A stretch of DNA of 64,000 nt from Corallochytrium limacisporum Hawaii (lineage: Eukaryota > Protista > Pluriformea): NCBI GenBank assembly GCA_002811645.1, contig PDIP01000025.1, positions 1-64,000 on the forward strand. The letters run 5' to 3'. The translations under genes and the position numbers were made by a program. The notes beneath the pieces are model-generated. The model searched no databases. It was not told the origin of the DNA and saw nothing but the letters and a program-made list of their open reading frames with translations. This document shows positions 53,592-64,000 of the stretch, in pieces (position 1 is the stretch's first letter; each line of letters begins with the position of its first letter).

Positions 53592-55100
53592 TGTGAGTCT
53601 GTGCGGTGATTCTGCAGTAGATTTCTATCTATCGTAGTCACCTATAGGCTTTCCCTAGAAGTGGTGTTCATACTATTCAAACATTCATCCTATCGTCGTA
53701 GATCCTGGGATCCATTATGTACTAAATACCCGGAGTCATCCTGACCTAAGGCAGCAATGGTACCGGTAGCGATTTCACGGCGTACCTACAGGCCTTCTCA
53801 GAAACCCACAGGTCCCGCCAAGGAAAGTGAACGAAGGATCTACTTTCTTCTTGGGGGTTTTCGCAGCACCAGGGGTGGCTTCCAAAAACATATTTCAAAG
53901 GACTAAGCAAAATGCGATTAAGTTTTCAATATATTTACTACGCAATTCCGCTGACTTCTCAGCGACGCTGGGACCAAGCACACATACTTTCGAAGCCCGA
54001 CGAGGCTGCCACGAACGAAAAAGCACAGCGGCCTTGGAATGGACAGACCCGAACGTCGTCGGGACCGGGACAACCCGCTCCATTAGGTGAAACTAGGGGA
54101 GGGCGGCGGGGCAGATTTAATATTTTGGAAATATGGAACTAATTGATAGAACGAGAAAAATTCTCCTCACTCTGCTCCCCTATCAAACCCCCTCCCCTCC
54201 CCACCCTCCGCTATCCAAACCTTATCATCGTTTGTTTTCGCTTGCCCATCGTGTCCCTCTTCCTGCGGTCAGAGCCGCACTGAAAACCAGTGTAACGAAG
54301 CCTGTGGGCCAACAGCACCCAGCCCTGGACGGGATTGGTGATTGCCCAACGACCATGAACACTACGTTCGCGATGGGAATGCCTTCAGTTCTTGGTGCTG
54401 GAATGTATGGGTCTCATTTACGTACAATCCATCCCCTCCAACAGAAGTTCAGTCAGCAACAGGAATGATTTCGCAGGGCCAACGCCACTATCAGCGTTGC
54501 TTGCTTTCTCACTATCAGATCCAACTCTGTGTGCGATGCTTATGGCATGCCGACGACGTTCGGTGCCTGTCTCCGGCAGCATGGTCGCAGACAAAGCGGT
54601 AGAACATGCCAGCATCCATCAGATACTCTATGATGTAAGTATGCCTCGGACATGGTAGCACAAACTGGCTCTGGTGAGCATCATCCTTTCTGTGGAAAGG
54701 ATATTTTTGCTGTCCGCCCTTGTATCCCTTTCTCTTTTGGCCCCATAAAATTTTCTTTTCTTCTGACATTTCCTTTCGGCTATTAAGGCGCGGTCCCCGG
54801 CCCCCCCCGCTACGGCAGTACGGGAAGGGCCGGGTACCCCGTTCCCTTCGACTCTCTATGTGTCAGAAAAGGAAAGTAAAGCGAGGGAGGCTTTATTTAG
54901 GTACGGTAAGTCGAGGGTGAGTGCGGATCAGACAGGTCATAAGCTAACCAAAACGACACAGCGGCAACCCTTTGTCAGTGGTCATGGTAACACGGGACCA
55001 GAACAATACACATGTGGAGATTCATTTATGTTTTTCTTTTTAAAACCCTTGGAAATGCTTCGGAACAAACAATGAGATCGACTTGATCGTCCATGCAGAT

Positions 55101-56783
55101 TTAGATCTTCCAGCAATATGCGGCCGGCACGAAACCTTCACCACCATCAAACTTTCGGATCTTCATCCATCCATCGCCATCATCGGGCTCCAGTAATTCA
55201 ACGACCTCATCCTTAATACAGGACACCTCTGTTCCCGTGGATGCGTCGAAATCGTAGAGCATTTTGTACGTCGGGGCGACCGGAGTGGCAGCAGGAGTGC
55301 TCCTCAGAGAACTCGTCCCTTTCCTCGAAGGCCTTGAAGGCCTGGGCTTGGAGGGTGCCGGGTCACCTGGGGAGACGTTGATTTCACCAACACTGCCATT
55401 CGGTGATGTCCGTGCTGTTGATCCCGGTGTGAGAATTGGAGTGGTTCCTCCCGCACTAGAAATCGAGTTGACATCATGCAGCGGCAGACTGAGATTGGAT
55501 CCGTTCAATGACTGAATCGAAGGATCACCTACTGGTGCGGTGCGGAAGAGCTTCGGCGGCAGTTTTGGAATAATATCATTTCGCGCTGGCTTCGCTGGCA
55601 GCTCCATATCTTTATGGACGCAAGCAATACGTACAGTCGCCTTGTAAATCATGCGGATCGCACTTGTGAGCCTGCGCTCAGCAACACTCCTGTCTTCCTC
55701 GCTTGCCGAATTCCTCACCAATTCTTCTGCCCTGATCTTATCCTGAGTTGCAGTCTGAAGCCGGTCCTTCCAGTACATGGTTTGTTGTTCCGGGCTCATC
55801 TTCGAGATATCCATACCCTCACTCTTGTTGTTCTTTCGTCCCAGCTTGTTCAGCTTGCTCTTCATGCTCCCCGAACGCTTCACCTTGTCTTCATAGAACT
55901 CCTTCTCTATCTCTTCACCGGGCAGATCCCCGCTTATCAGATCACGCATCATCTTCTTCAGCTCCAACTCAGTGGTCGTTTCGTCTTTCTGTTTTGTCAA
56001 CCGTTCGACAAGGATCCTGTAGGCTGGAATGACTTGGCCGTGGGCAAAGATGTAGTTGTCGAGTGCACCGATGCACCGTTCAACAATCTTCTTCTGTCCA
56101 TAGTAGAATTGACCCATGATCTTTGGCATGGTCTCGTACTCGTGGACAAGCTTAAACTGGTTAACCCTGATGATGTACTCGTGGTACTCCTTCTCTGCAA
56201 TTTTGGATGCGGCTTGCTTCTCTTGGGCGTCCTGCATCAACTTCTGCATCTTGCCCAGGTCAGTCTTCTTGCTATCCTTCGCAGCGATTGCCTGCTCAGC
56301 CTCCTTACATTTAGAGTGATACTTTTCCTTTGCGTTTTCCAAAAGAGAGACCTGTTCCTGGAATTGTGATTCTGCCTTGGCACCCTCGTCCTGAAGACGC
56401 TGGAACTCATCCGAGATTTCTTGAAAAGATGCCTTCATCCGCTTGTAAACTTCGCTCATGAGGTTGTCTGAGAACTTGTCCAGTGCCTTAGTCAATTCAT
56501 TTGTCTCCTTGACACATGCAGCCAGCGCAGCAGTCAAGGGGGTTACCTCGCCGTGTTTTGCAATCTTGGTATTCCACTGGGTCATAAACTGCTTCAGTCC
56601 CGTCACATGCTTCTGTTCCAGCTCTGCACGCTCCTTCATGAATTTTGACAGTACACGATACTGCTCGAGTTGGAAATTAGCCTTCTTGGACACAGTATCG
56701 AACTGGTCAAAGAGATTAAGTCCCCATTCGCCCGCGGACACAGGAAAGTCCTGGTCGCCATGCGGTGTTGTGGCCTCCGCCAT
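55101..56783 (-). CDS. F-BAR + SH3 protein (FNBP1/CIP4/Toca-like)
   Basis: WGLNLFDQFD, FMKERAELE, coiled coils, C-terminal SH3 LYDFD...DDGDGWMKIR...EGFVPAAY. Confidence 0.92.
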   Translation of the reverse strand: MAEATTPHGDQDFPVSAGEWGLNLFDQFDTVSKKANFQLEQYRVLSKFMKERAELEQKHVTGLKQFMTQWNTKIAKHGEVTPLTAALAACVKETNELTKALDKFSDNLMSEVYKRMKASFQEISDEFQRLQDEGAKAESQFQEQVSLLENAKEKYHSKCKEAEQAIAAKDSKKTDLGKMQKLMQDAQEKQAASKIAEKEYHEYIIRVNQFKLVHEYETMPKIMGQFYYGQKKIVERCIGALDNYIFAHGQVIPAYRILVERLTKQKDETTTELELKKMMRDLISGDLPGEEIEKEFYEDKVKRSGSMKSKLNKLGRKNNKSEGMDISKMSPEQQTMYWKDRLQTATQDKIRAEELVRNSASEEDRSVAERRLTSAIRMIYKATVRIACVHKDMELPAKPARNDIIPKLPPKLFRTAPVGDPSIQSLNGSNLSLPLHDVNSISSAGGTTPILTPGSTARTSPNGSVGEINVSPGDPAPSKPRPSRPSRKGTSSLRSTPAATPVAPTYKMLYDFDASTGTEVSCIKDEVVELLEPDDGDGWMKIRKFDGGEGFVPAAYCWKI

Positions 56784-59282
56784 GTTTATGGCTCTACGTC
56801 TTCAGCCTGTAGGTCTCCCACACACCAATTAGAGTAAAGAACAGCGGGTCTGCAATGTTCAGCCTCGCCTCATTCCCTGTACGATACTCTTGGGTCAGTC
56901 TTCTGTATACTTCGATAGCCAGCAATGGGGCCGTGTGTGCTCTTACCATTCACAGTCTCCAGAAACAACGGATCTGGCCCTTACCCTAACTACCCGAACA
57001 ACTCCAATCACTGCATCGTCTACAACCACGCTTAGAGAAAGACTGCACCAGAAGCGTTTCCAATATGTTCGAACAACTGCGGCTTCTCGTGTGGGCTTCG
57101 GCATGGCGCTCACAACACCTCAATCCGAAAGAAAAAACTCCAACAAAAAGATGCACCACACCTACCGAGACCCAAACCCCCACCAGTTCTTTTAGAGGGA
57201 CACCCGAGCAGGGTTCAGCGGGAAAGTTGACGGAAGGGCAGGGGAGGGCCCCCCCGGGGCGGGGAGGGGGGTTCGCAAATTACCCAAGAAAATGCGGAAA
57301 GATTTATTGGTCGACTGCACCCCCCAGGAGACCCCACCTCCGGCGTACATCCCCACTGGTGCACTGTAACCTGGAACAGAAAACACTCGTCGGAAGTCGT
57401 GCTCGCGCCGTGAACAACATTGGTGCCCACTACGACTCCTTTTGATGGAGTTACGTCTGAATACTCACTATATCGTTCTCCACAATTCATTTCATTGGCT
57501 GAAAGCAGGCTATGGAGAGCGGTAGTGGGTGCCAAACCTTTGCACCATGCCTGGACCCGGCCGGTTTTTGTGGAGGAGGTGTCTCACACATTAATGAGAG
57601 AAACAGTAGAGGCGATAAAAAGGCAAAACACCGCGAAATATCTTTACATTCAGTACTTGATTCCTGTAGGTATCATGCGAGGGGACCTTCCCGGTGTTTA
57701 TCGATGAACACACTCGCCGTCCGTACTGTGATGATACATCTGCTACCGCGCGTCATCAAGGCCTCCTCACCCGCTCTCGTCCAGGACTTTTTGCAACCAC
57801 GCCAGCCGAAAACGTTCGGTAATTTTCTATGTTGGCGCCCTCCTTCGCTACCCCAACGGCAGGATAGTGAGGGCGGCCAGGGACCGGCCATGCCATCATA
57901 GGCAAAAGAATTCATGCCCTTTTACTAAACTAAACTATACATGGATTTCGCGAAATGGGTCTCAGGGAATTCGGAAATTCAGTACTATAACTTAAAATAT
58001 TCTCCCCGCAGCCAGTTGGTGCCAACGCATACCACCCCTCAGTCGGTTCGGATGACACATTGAGGCAATTGAACGGAAAACTCCCATGCTTTGAAGTTCC
58101 TCCCCTGTATTGTCCACTGTGCCAGCTTGGTGTGGCTCCGGTCTGGGGCTATAATCCCCCAATGTTTCTCATGGAACAAAAATGTCGCTTTATCGCCGTT
58201 AAGTGCAGGGTTACGGAACAAAAACCCCCTTCTTTCATCACCACAGGGCAGCGGCGGTACAAACGGGGGAGTCATAATTTGGCCCGCTCTATGGTAGCGT
58301 CAATGTTGGGTGCGAAGTAGTCCTTTATTGAGTGCCAGTGTCGAATCAGCCGCAGGCTGGAGGGCTGCAAATAAGGGGCGAACAATGGAACCGCAAGGGG
58401 GGTTACGCTACCCAGGGGGCTCAGACCGAAATATTCAATCACACAAAAACGGACACGTATGGGGCTCTGGTTTAGCTGGATTTGATTCTTTTGATTTTAT
58501 GGGTTTGAAGTTATAAATCTCGTAAAATGTTCCTTTTCTTGTTGATTATATGAATCGAATCAACCATTCGAAATTTTTTCTACCACCGTACTGCAGAACT
58601 TGCCAATCCCGGACAGCAGGGGCGAGACTGTAGGACCCGAGACTTTTCTCTGACTCGCCCCGGAGGTGTTTTTTGCCAACGTTCCCGTTATCAGACCCAC
58701 ACGGAACAATTTCTCTCACCCCGCGTCCCAGTCCCGTATCTCTGCAGTAGAAATGAAATGGGGCGCACTGCTACCACTGGATCCGTCCGGGTCGTCCGGT
58801 CTTTTGGCCAAAGAACTCAGCGGAAAATGCGTGGAAGAGTGAGAACCGCCGAATGAGAATGTCGTATGGCGCAACCCAAACCTCATGCCCCAACCCTGGT
58901 CCCTTTCAAAAACTTAGTGAACCCGAAAACTCCGAAAAAAAATTCCCCTAGAGAGTGATTAAATCTTTCGACATAGCATCGCTTCTTCTCTTGGCCCTCC
59001 CTAAGACCAGAGCAGGGCCAAAAGGGAGCCTCTGACACCCGCCGACAGTCGGTGAGGCTAGTCGTTCTTGTCCCCCTGCATAGATTCCTACATCGGTGTC
59101 TTAAATGGGAAATACACTGGACGTCTTCGGGTCTATCGGAGAAAGCCACCTGGATCTGTCTGAATGTATCATTTCAGTACATGGGAGGTAATTAAAACGA
59201 GAAGTTTATGAAAACCATGTACCATTTTACCACACTGTAAATCATAGTAGGCTCAAGAGGGCGGCGGACTGCTACAAGCGTC

Positions 59283-60446
59283 ATGCCGGACACGAAGAGA
59301 ATGGTAGGAAAGAGCCACGAGGCCTACGGGCGATTGCGAGAGTCGACAGACTCGCTGGGAGCTGGTTCTTCCGGAGTTAGTACTTCTACAGTGCAGAATG
59401 GTAGTGTAAATGGCCGTACCAACGGCGGGCCGATGCCTAGGAAGTCACAAGAGGCCCATGCAGAATCACTGCCACCTGCCGCTGGCCCTGACGAGCCTCT
59501 GCCGTCATACAATGCTGCCGTCCGCGAGAGCAGGGCTGCTCAGATGCCTGGCACATATGATCCTAACCAACCGCAGGCAGTCCGATCTGGTATCATGGGC
59601 CCATACAGAATTACATATGGAGTCGCACGGGGAGAGACTGATATGCGGCGAAAGAAGGCATTCACGGCAGCTTGGTGTATTGGTGCGTGTTGTCTGTGCA
59701 CCTTCTGCTTTTTTGTTGGGCCGGCTTTAATTATTTGCGCACCAAACTGGGGAGCTCGCTTCGGTGCAGTCTTCGGTTGTGGAGTCGGTCTCGTTATCGT
59801 GGGTGCGACGTTCTTAATCGAATACGAAACCTCATTGAAGGACGAGTGCGAACGCTGCTTTGAGCAGAACTTTGCACCTGGATGCGATAATCCGGACACC
59901 CTTGATCAAGACGAACCGGATATTTCCTCAGGTGAATGTGACTTCTTCAAGGCTAGCCGCATTTACATGCCTATCTTTACAGTGGTCGGGCTCGCTATGG
60001 TAGCACTTTCGATTTGGGGGTGGAGACGACATTACCGTCTGAAGACTGCTCATCTGACGCAGGCAAGGCAACAGGCAAACACTCAAGGTGTACAACAGAT
60101 GCAGATGCAAAACTTTGATGGAAATTCACACATGGTCAACGGTCCCCAGCTAGCCTTTCGACCAGGTGAAGCACCGCCTCCAGGATATTGGCCACCTGGT
60201 GTAACTCCTCCTGTTTACGGATCTTCTCTGAGTAATGGTCAACCTTCTGCAGCTTATCCACCGCAGGATTACCAGGGATACACGTCACAGACTCCCCCAA
60301 TTGCCAACTTTCAGCCGGCAAACAACGCAACACATGATCATAGTCTGACATCCACCCAGAACGCGTCAGTTGATCCGCCCGGCTATGCACCGCCCGCACT
60401 CGACGATACACCGCCTGTGTGGAATCCGAGTTCATCTGGTCAATAG
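59283..60446 (+). CDS. NDFIP/Bsd2-like NEDD4-family adaptor membrane protein
   Basis: LPSYNAA motif; GARFGAVFGCGVGLV resembles NDFIP AGRYGAISGFGLSLI; three hydrophobic segments; further PPxY motifs in the C-tail. Confidence 0.65.
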   Translation: MPDTKRMVGKSHEAYGRLRESTDSLGAGSSGVSTSTVQNGSVNGRTNGGPMPRKSQEAHAESLPPAAGPDEPLPSYNAAVRESRAAQMPGTYDPNQPQAVRSGIMGPYRITYGVARGETDMRRKKAFTAAWCIGACCLCTFCFFVGPALIICAPNWGARFGAVFGCGVGLVIVGATFLIEYETSLKDECERCFEQNFAPGCDNPDTLDQDEPDISSGECDFFKASRIYMPIFTVVGLAMVALSIWGWRRHYRLKTAHLTQARQQANTQGVQQMQMQNFDGNSHMVNGPQLAFRPGEAPPPGYWPPGVTPPVYGSSLSNGQPSAAYPPQDYQGYTSQTPPIANFQPANNATHDHSLTSTQNASVDPPGYAPPALDDTPPVWNPSSSGQ

Positions 60447-61543
60447 AACATGACCCTCCATTCATTCGTACAGACATCCATAAACTCCAATCATCTCCGA
60501 AATCCAAGCTGTAAGCTTTCTGAACATAAATTTCCACGAAACCCGCCCTGACCAAGTTTTGGCACCTTCCGACGTTATTCATCGAATTTGATCAATACTA
60601 TTGATACAACCGACTTCAGGAAACCTCCCTTCACCTGCCGCAGCAGCGTCCCGCCCTCTCCGGAGGCCAACGGCTTGTTCAAGCACCTCAACCCTTCCAC
60701 GGTTGCCAATACGGGAAGCTAACCGCGTGTCCGAAATGCCACAGAAAACTACAATATATTCAGTACACAAACTATGCCGCTCTGGTTTCCCAGGAAGTGT
60801 CCCCTCAGCGGGGTCTCTCCCGTCTTGGCAATATTTTTTTTTCTTCTTCCTCCCCGATCTGGTTTCAGTTTGAGAATTATCTCAATGGCACTTCATCTTC
60901 CGGACCCGCTCCTCAGTATGTGGTGCTTAGTCAAGGGCCAGGACAATCGAAAGCCAAATACCGGTGTGCGACATTCCAAATTTCCTTCTTGTCCAAGCTA
61001 CCACTACTGCCCGGGCGCGATTACCCCATGCCTCAGGATAATTTTCTCAACATACAAAATGAATACATCGAAAATGTAGCGGTGTTAGGTGAAGGCCACC
61101 AGTGCCCCCGGCGGCTTACGGCTGTTAGTCTCTACTTTTGCGGGTTGGGAAGAAGGGTGTTCCCTCCAGCAGGGTTGACCTGTTACACAAGTCTATAGGG
61201 CAACCAGCGCTCGATATCGCATCATGGATTAGTGTCGAGCACGACACTTGGAATTCTAGAGTTGGTACGAGTGCGCACAGAGAGAAAGCAAGAGGGTTGT
61301 TGTCGCGTTCTTGTGTGAGAGACCGTTTTGCAAATGTCTTCTTCGAAACACAATAGCTTCGTGAATCTATATCAGACAGTACGGTCCTTAAAGGCGTTGT
61401 CTTGGCTCAAAAGAGTAATTTGGTATACTGCGCACACGAGAGAAAGGGCGAAAGTATATTTGTACATTATGGCATAGCTGACTTTGATAATCACTACTCA
61501 AAGGAGAGAACGAAAACGGCAGAACGGAAGTTTGTAGTTTACA

Positions 61544-63013
61544 ATGAACGCTGGAGACTACGAGCGGCTCGATGACTATGAGCCCCGCAATGGAGGGTTT
61601 CTTGGCGGGCTTAAGTCGACAGTGAGATGCATCCGTTCATGTCTGTGCTGCTGCTGCTGCACGGGCCCAGTGTGTGTAATCGTTGGAATTTTGTTCCTGC
61701 TTGCTGCATTTAAAGGAGCTAGAGAGGACCTTGTGGTGGAGTATGGGGACCTTGTCCACAATTGGCAGGTGAAGGGTGGAGCAAGAGACTCTTTTGGAGC
61801 CGTTGGCTTCCAGTTTACAGACGCCGCACTAGGGTCTGGGGACCAATGGCTGAAGACAACGCAAACTCATCCCCACGATCCTATAAATGACCACCACAAG
61901 AAGAAGTTGCCTACGTATACGTCCTTGGTTGCACTTGCCGATGGTCTCCCAATTCAATACGGCACTCGTACAGCCACTGATATCATGCTGCAGGCCGAGG
62001 TGCTCAAAAACCCGAAGACCAGGATAGATGTGGGAGTTACCCTAGCTTCATGGATTCCATTCCAAAGGAAAGACATTCTTCATCCCAAGGTTCCACGCAT
62101 TCCTGGCAAGGTGCAGGGATACAAATCCAAGTCTTCTTTGGGTTGTCGGGACCCAGGTGACTGCGACCACATCAGTGATCATGATCGTCGTCGCGAATGC
62201 AAGAGGAAGCCGTACTGTACACAAAAATGTGAAGGCCAGTATGATCGGTCACACCAGCGATGCTATATCCCGATGTATCTGCAGAGTGTGTGTCTGAGCT
62301 ACGATCCTCAAGCCGCCGTGTTCCGCAACCGTTGGACAGGTGGAGATGTTGCAGGCTGTTTCTACGAGTACATAGACCTTGAAAACTCGTTTCTGAAGGG
62401 CATTGTGTGCGATGAATGTAAGCATGGTATGCCTGGCAGGTATAGTCCACATGGTATCATTCCCAGTGATATCCGTGTGACGGTGCGTCACATTGACGAC
62501 CCGTACCTTTTTGTATCGTGGGCCACTAATGGCTACTATGACTTTGGCCTCACCCGAGGAGAGAACTTCAGTATCGCTATTCCGTTCATTATTGTGGGTC
62601 TCTTTTTCACTACAAGTGTCATCGTCCTCAGCTTGCGGTTTAAGAGGTGGCTTTGCGGCGGGTCGACTCCCGACGTGCAAGCGAATTCGGCCCCGTACCC
62701 TGACGAACAGACTCCGCTGGTCGGAGGTAATGCCACGGGCTACCCCGCCCAAGGACCAAATGGAGGGGCGTACTACCCACCTAATGTACAACCAATGTCC
62801 AGTAACTACCAGTACCCATCGAGCGGAGGCCTGCCCTTAGTTGCAGCCGGTAACACGACCTACTATCAACCATACCAGCAGCAACAACCTCCTGTGGGTG
62901 TCCAGCCACCTCCTCCGGGCTTCATCAACCCACAGCAACAGGTGCCACCCTCAGATCCACCGCCGCCTTACGATGTGGCTCCCAGCGCACCAGAGCATCC
63001 AAGCAAATCCTAG
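61544..63013 (+). CDS. Two-TM membrane protein with large Cys-rich loop and PPxY tail
   Basis: 489-aa ORF: YERL, CLCCCCC before TM1, ~280-aa Cys-rich loop, TM2, P/Q/Y-rich tail with PPPPY. Confidence 0.82.
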   Translation: MNAGDYERLDDYEPRNGGFLGGLKSTVRCIRSCLCCCCCTGPVCVIVGILFLLAAFKGAREDLVVEYGDLVHNWQVKGGARDSFGAVGFQFTDAALGSGDQWLKTTQTHPHDPINDHHKKKLPTYTSLVALADGLPIQYGTRTATDIMLQAEVLKNPKTRIDVGVTLASWIPFQRKDILHPKVPRIPGKVQGYKSKSSLGCRDPGDCDHISDHDRRRECKRKPYCTQKCEGQYDRSHQRCYIPMYLQSVCLSYDPQAAVFRNRWTGGDVAGCFYEYIDLENSFLKGIVCDECKHGMPGRYSPHGIIPSDIRVTVRHIDDPYLFVSWATNGYYDFGLTRGENFSIAIPFIIVGLFFTTSVIVLSLRFKRWLCGGSTPDVQANSAPYPDEQTPLVGGNATGYPAQGPNGGAYYPPNVQPMSSNYQYPSSGGLPLVAAGNTTYYQPYQQQQPPVGVQPPPPGFINPQQQVPPSDPPPPYDVAPSAPEHPSKS

Positions 63014-63126
63014 ATGAGCCCTCGACGTTGTTATCTTTTTCTGTCCTTTCAAGGACATATGTAAGTATATGCATTTAGTGTTGATCATCAATGTTGTTAC
63101 TGTCTCTATTGCGTGTTGCTAGTTGC

Positions 63127-64000
63127 TCACTTACTCGCTTTTCCGTTGGAGCCGCCATTTGTTGGCCCCTCCGCTCCATTCAATCCACCAATCAGGCCTT
63201 TGGCTGTGTTGAAGAGGTTGATAGGAGAGTTGCCGTCGGTAATGATTGTGCTCTGGACGCCCAAGGACTGTAAAAGCTTAACCTGCATCTCAGGACCACT
63301 GGTGGCAATGGCTTGAATGGTCTCCGCACCAATGGCACCAACCATCTGCTGGAACTTCTTTGTCTCAATCTCGGCCGTTTCCTTGGCCTTTGCCATCTCG
63401 AGCTCGGCTTGCTGTTGCAGATACTTGACCTCTGCCTCGCGGGCACGGGCCAAACGCTCGAATTCAGAGTCTGCCTCGATTTTTGCAGCGTCCGCTTTGA
63501 GCTGGGCCTGGCGCACGGCTGCGGCACCCTCAATCTCAGCAGCCTCGGCGCGGGCTTGAGCCTCTGCCTTGGCCTGACCTGTAGACTCCACGGCGGCACT
63601 CTTAGCCTGCAACTCAATGAGACGGGCCTTCTCGACCTCAGCAGAACTCTGGTCTGAAATTCGTTGACGTTCGAGGCGACCCCTGGCCTCCTGCTCAGTC
63701 TGCTGGGCCCGATGGCGCGCAGCGGCCTCCTGAGCACTCGTTGTGATCTCAATAGCAAGCTGCACACTCTTCTGCAGGGCATCCCTGGTTCGCTGGTCCA
63801 CAGGCTCAACAGACTGGATGTCGACAGATGTGATGCTCAAACAGTTGGTCGGGAAATGAAGGTCCTTGCGGATCTTCCCATCATCGTCCATACCGAAGAC
63901 AGAGCTTCGGATGATGGTTGCAGAGTTCTTATGGAAGTCATCAAATTGACAGCCAGCAACCTTGCCGCGGATCCGGCTCGCGATAGCTTTGCAGGCATTG
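63127..64000 (-). CDS. MVP: Major vault protein, 3' part (shoulder and cap helix); gene continues beyond the window
   Basis: [11 protein letters not shown]...[67 protein letters not shown]. Confidence 0.98.
   Translation of the reverse strand, partial: NACKAIASRIRGKVAGCQFDDFHKNSATIIRSSVFGMDDDGKIRKDLHFPTNCLSITSVDIQSVEPVDQRTRDALQKSVQLAIEITTSAQEAAARHRAQQTEQEARGRLERQRISDQSSAEVEKARLIELQAKSAAVESTGQAKAEAQARAEAAEIEGAAAVRQAQLKADAAKIEADSEFERLARAREAEVKYLQQQAELEMAKAKETAEIETKKFQQMVGAIGAETIQAIATSGPEMQVKLLQSLGVQSTIITDGNSPINLFNTAKGLIGGLNGAEGPTNGGSNGKASK

Overview
Eukaryotic chromosome-end window. It starts with (CCCTAA)n telomere repeat and a ~200-bp subtelomeric satellite, followed by 23 protein-coding genes. 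There is one 188-N gap. No rRNA, tRNA, CRISPR array or intact transposon was seen. Only one coding-region intron is evident (TMEM230). Recognisable genes: SRPK kinase, EXS/ERD1, NDUFAF4-like, vWA protein, TMEM230, 4E-T-like repressor, TRMU/MnmA, peroxisomal alpha/beta hydrolase, metaxin, TLC protein, ABCG, SMS/IPC-synthase-like, plant-type C2-phospholipase D, FNBP1/CIP4-type F-BAR-SH3, NDFIP-like adaptor and the 3' part of major vault protein. This gene set plus intron poverty suggests an intron-poor unicellular holozoan such as Corallochytrium (inference only). The most notable items are: a secreted aerolysin/ETX-type pore-forming toxin as the most telomeric gene, facing a candidate carbohydrate-binding surface protein; a 4E-T-like protein carrying Pat1/FDF-type DDX6 motifs; a plant-type C2-PLD with a ~165-aa insert inside HKD1, in a run of lipid/membrane genes; two orphan tandem-domain proteins; a candidate three-way-junction RNA; and a strongly asymmetric tail-to-tail gene layout. 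All family calls come from motif recognition by eye, not from database searches.
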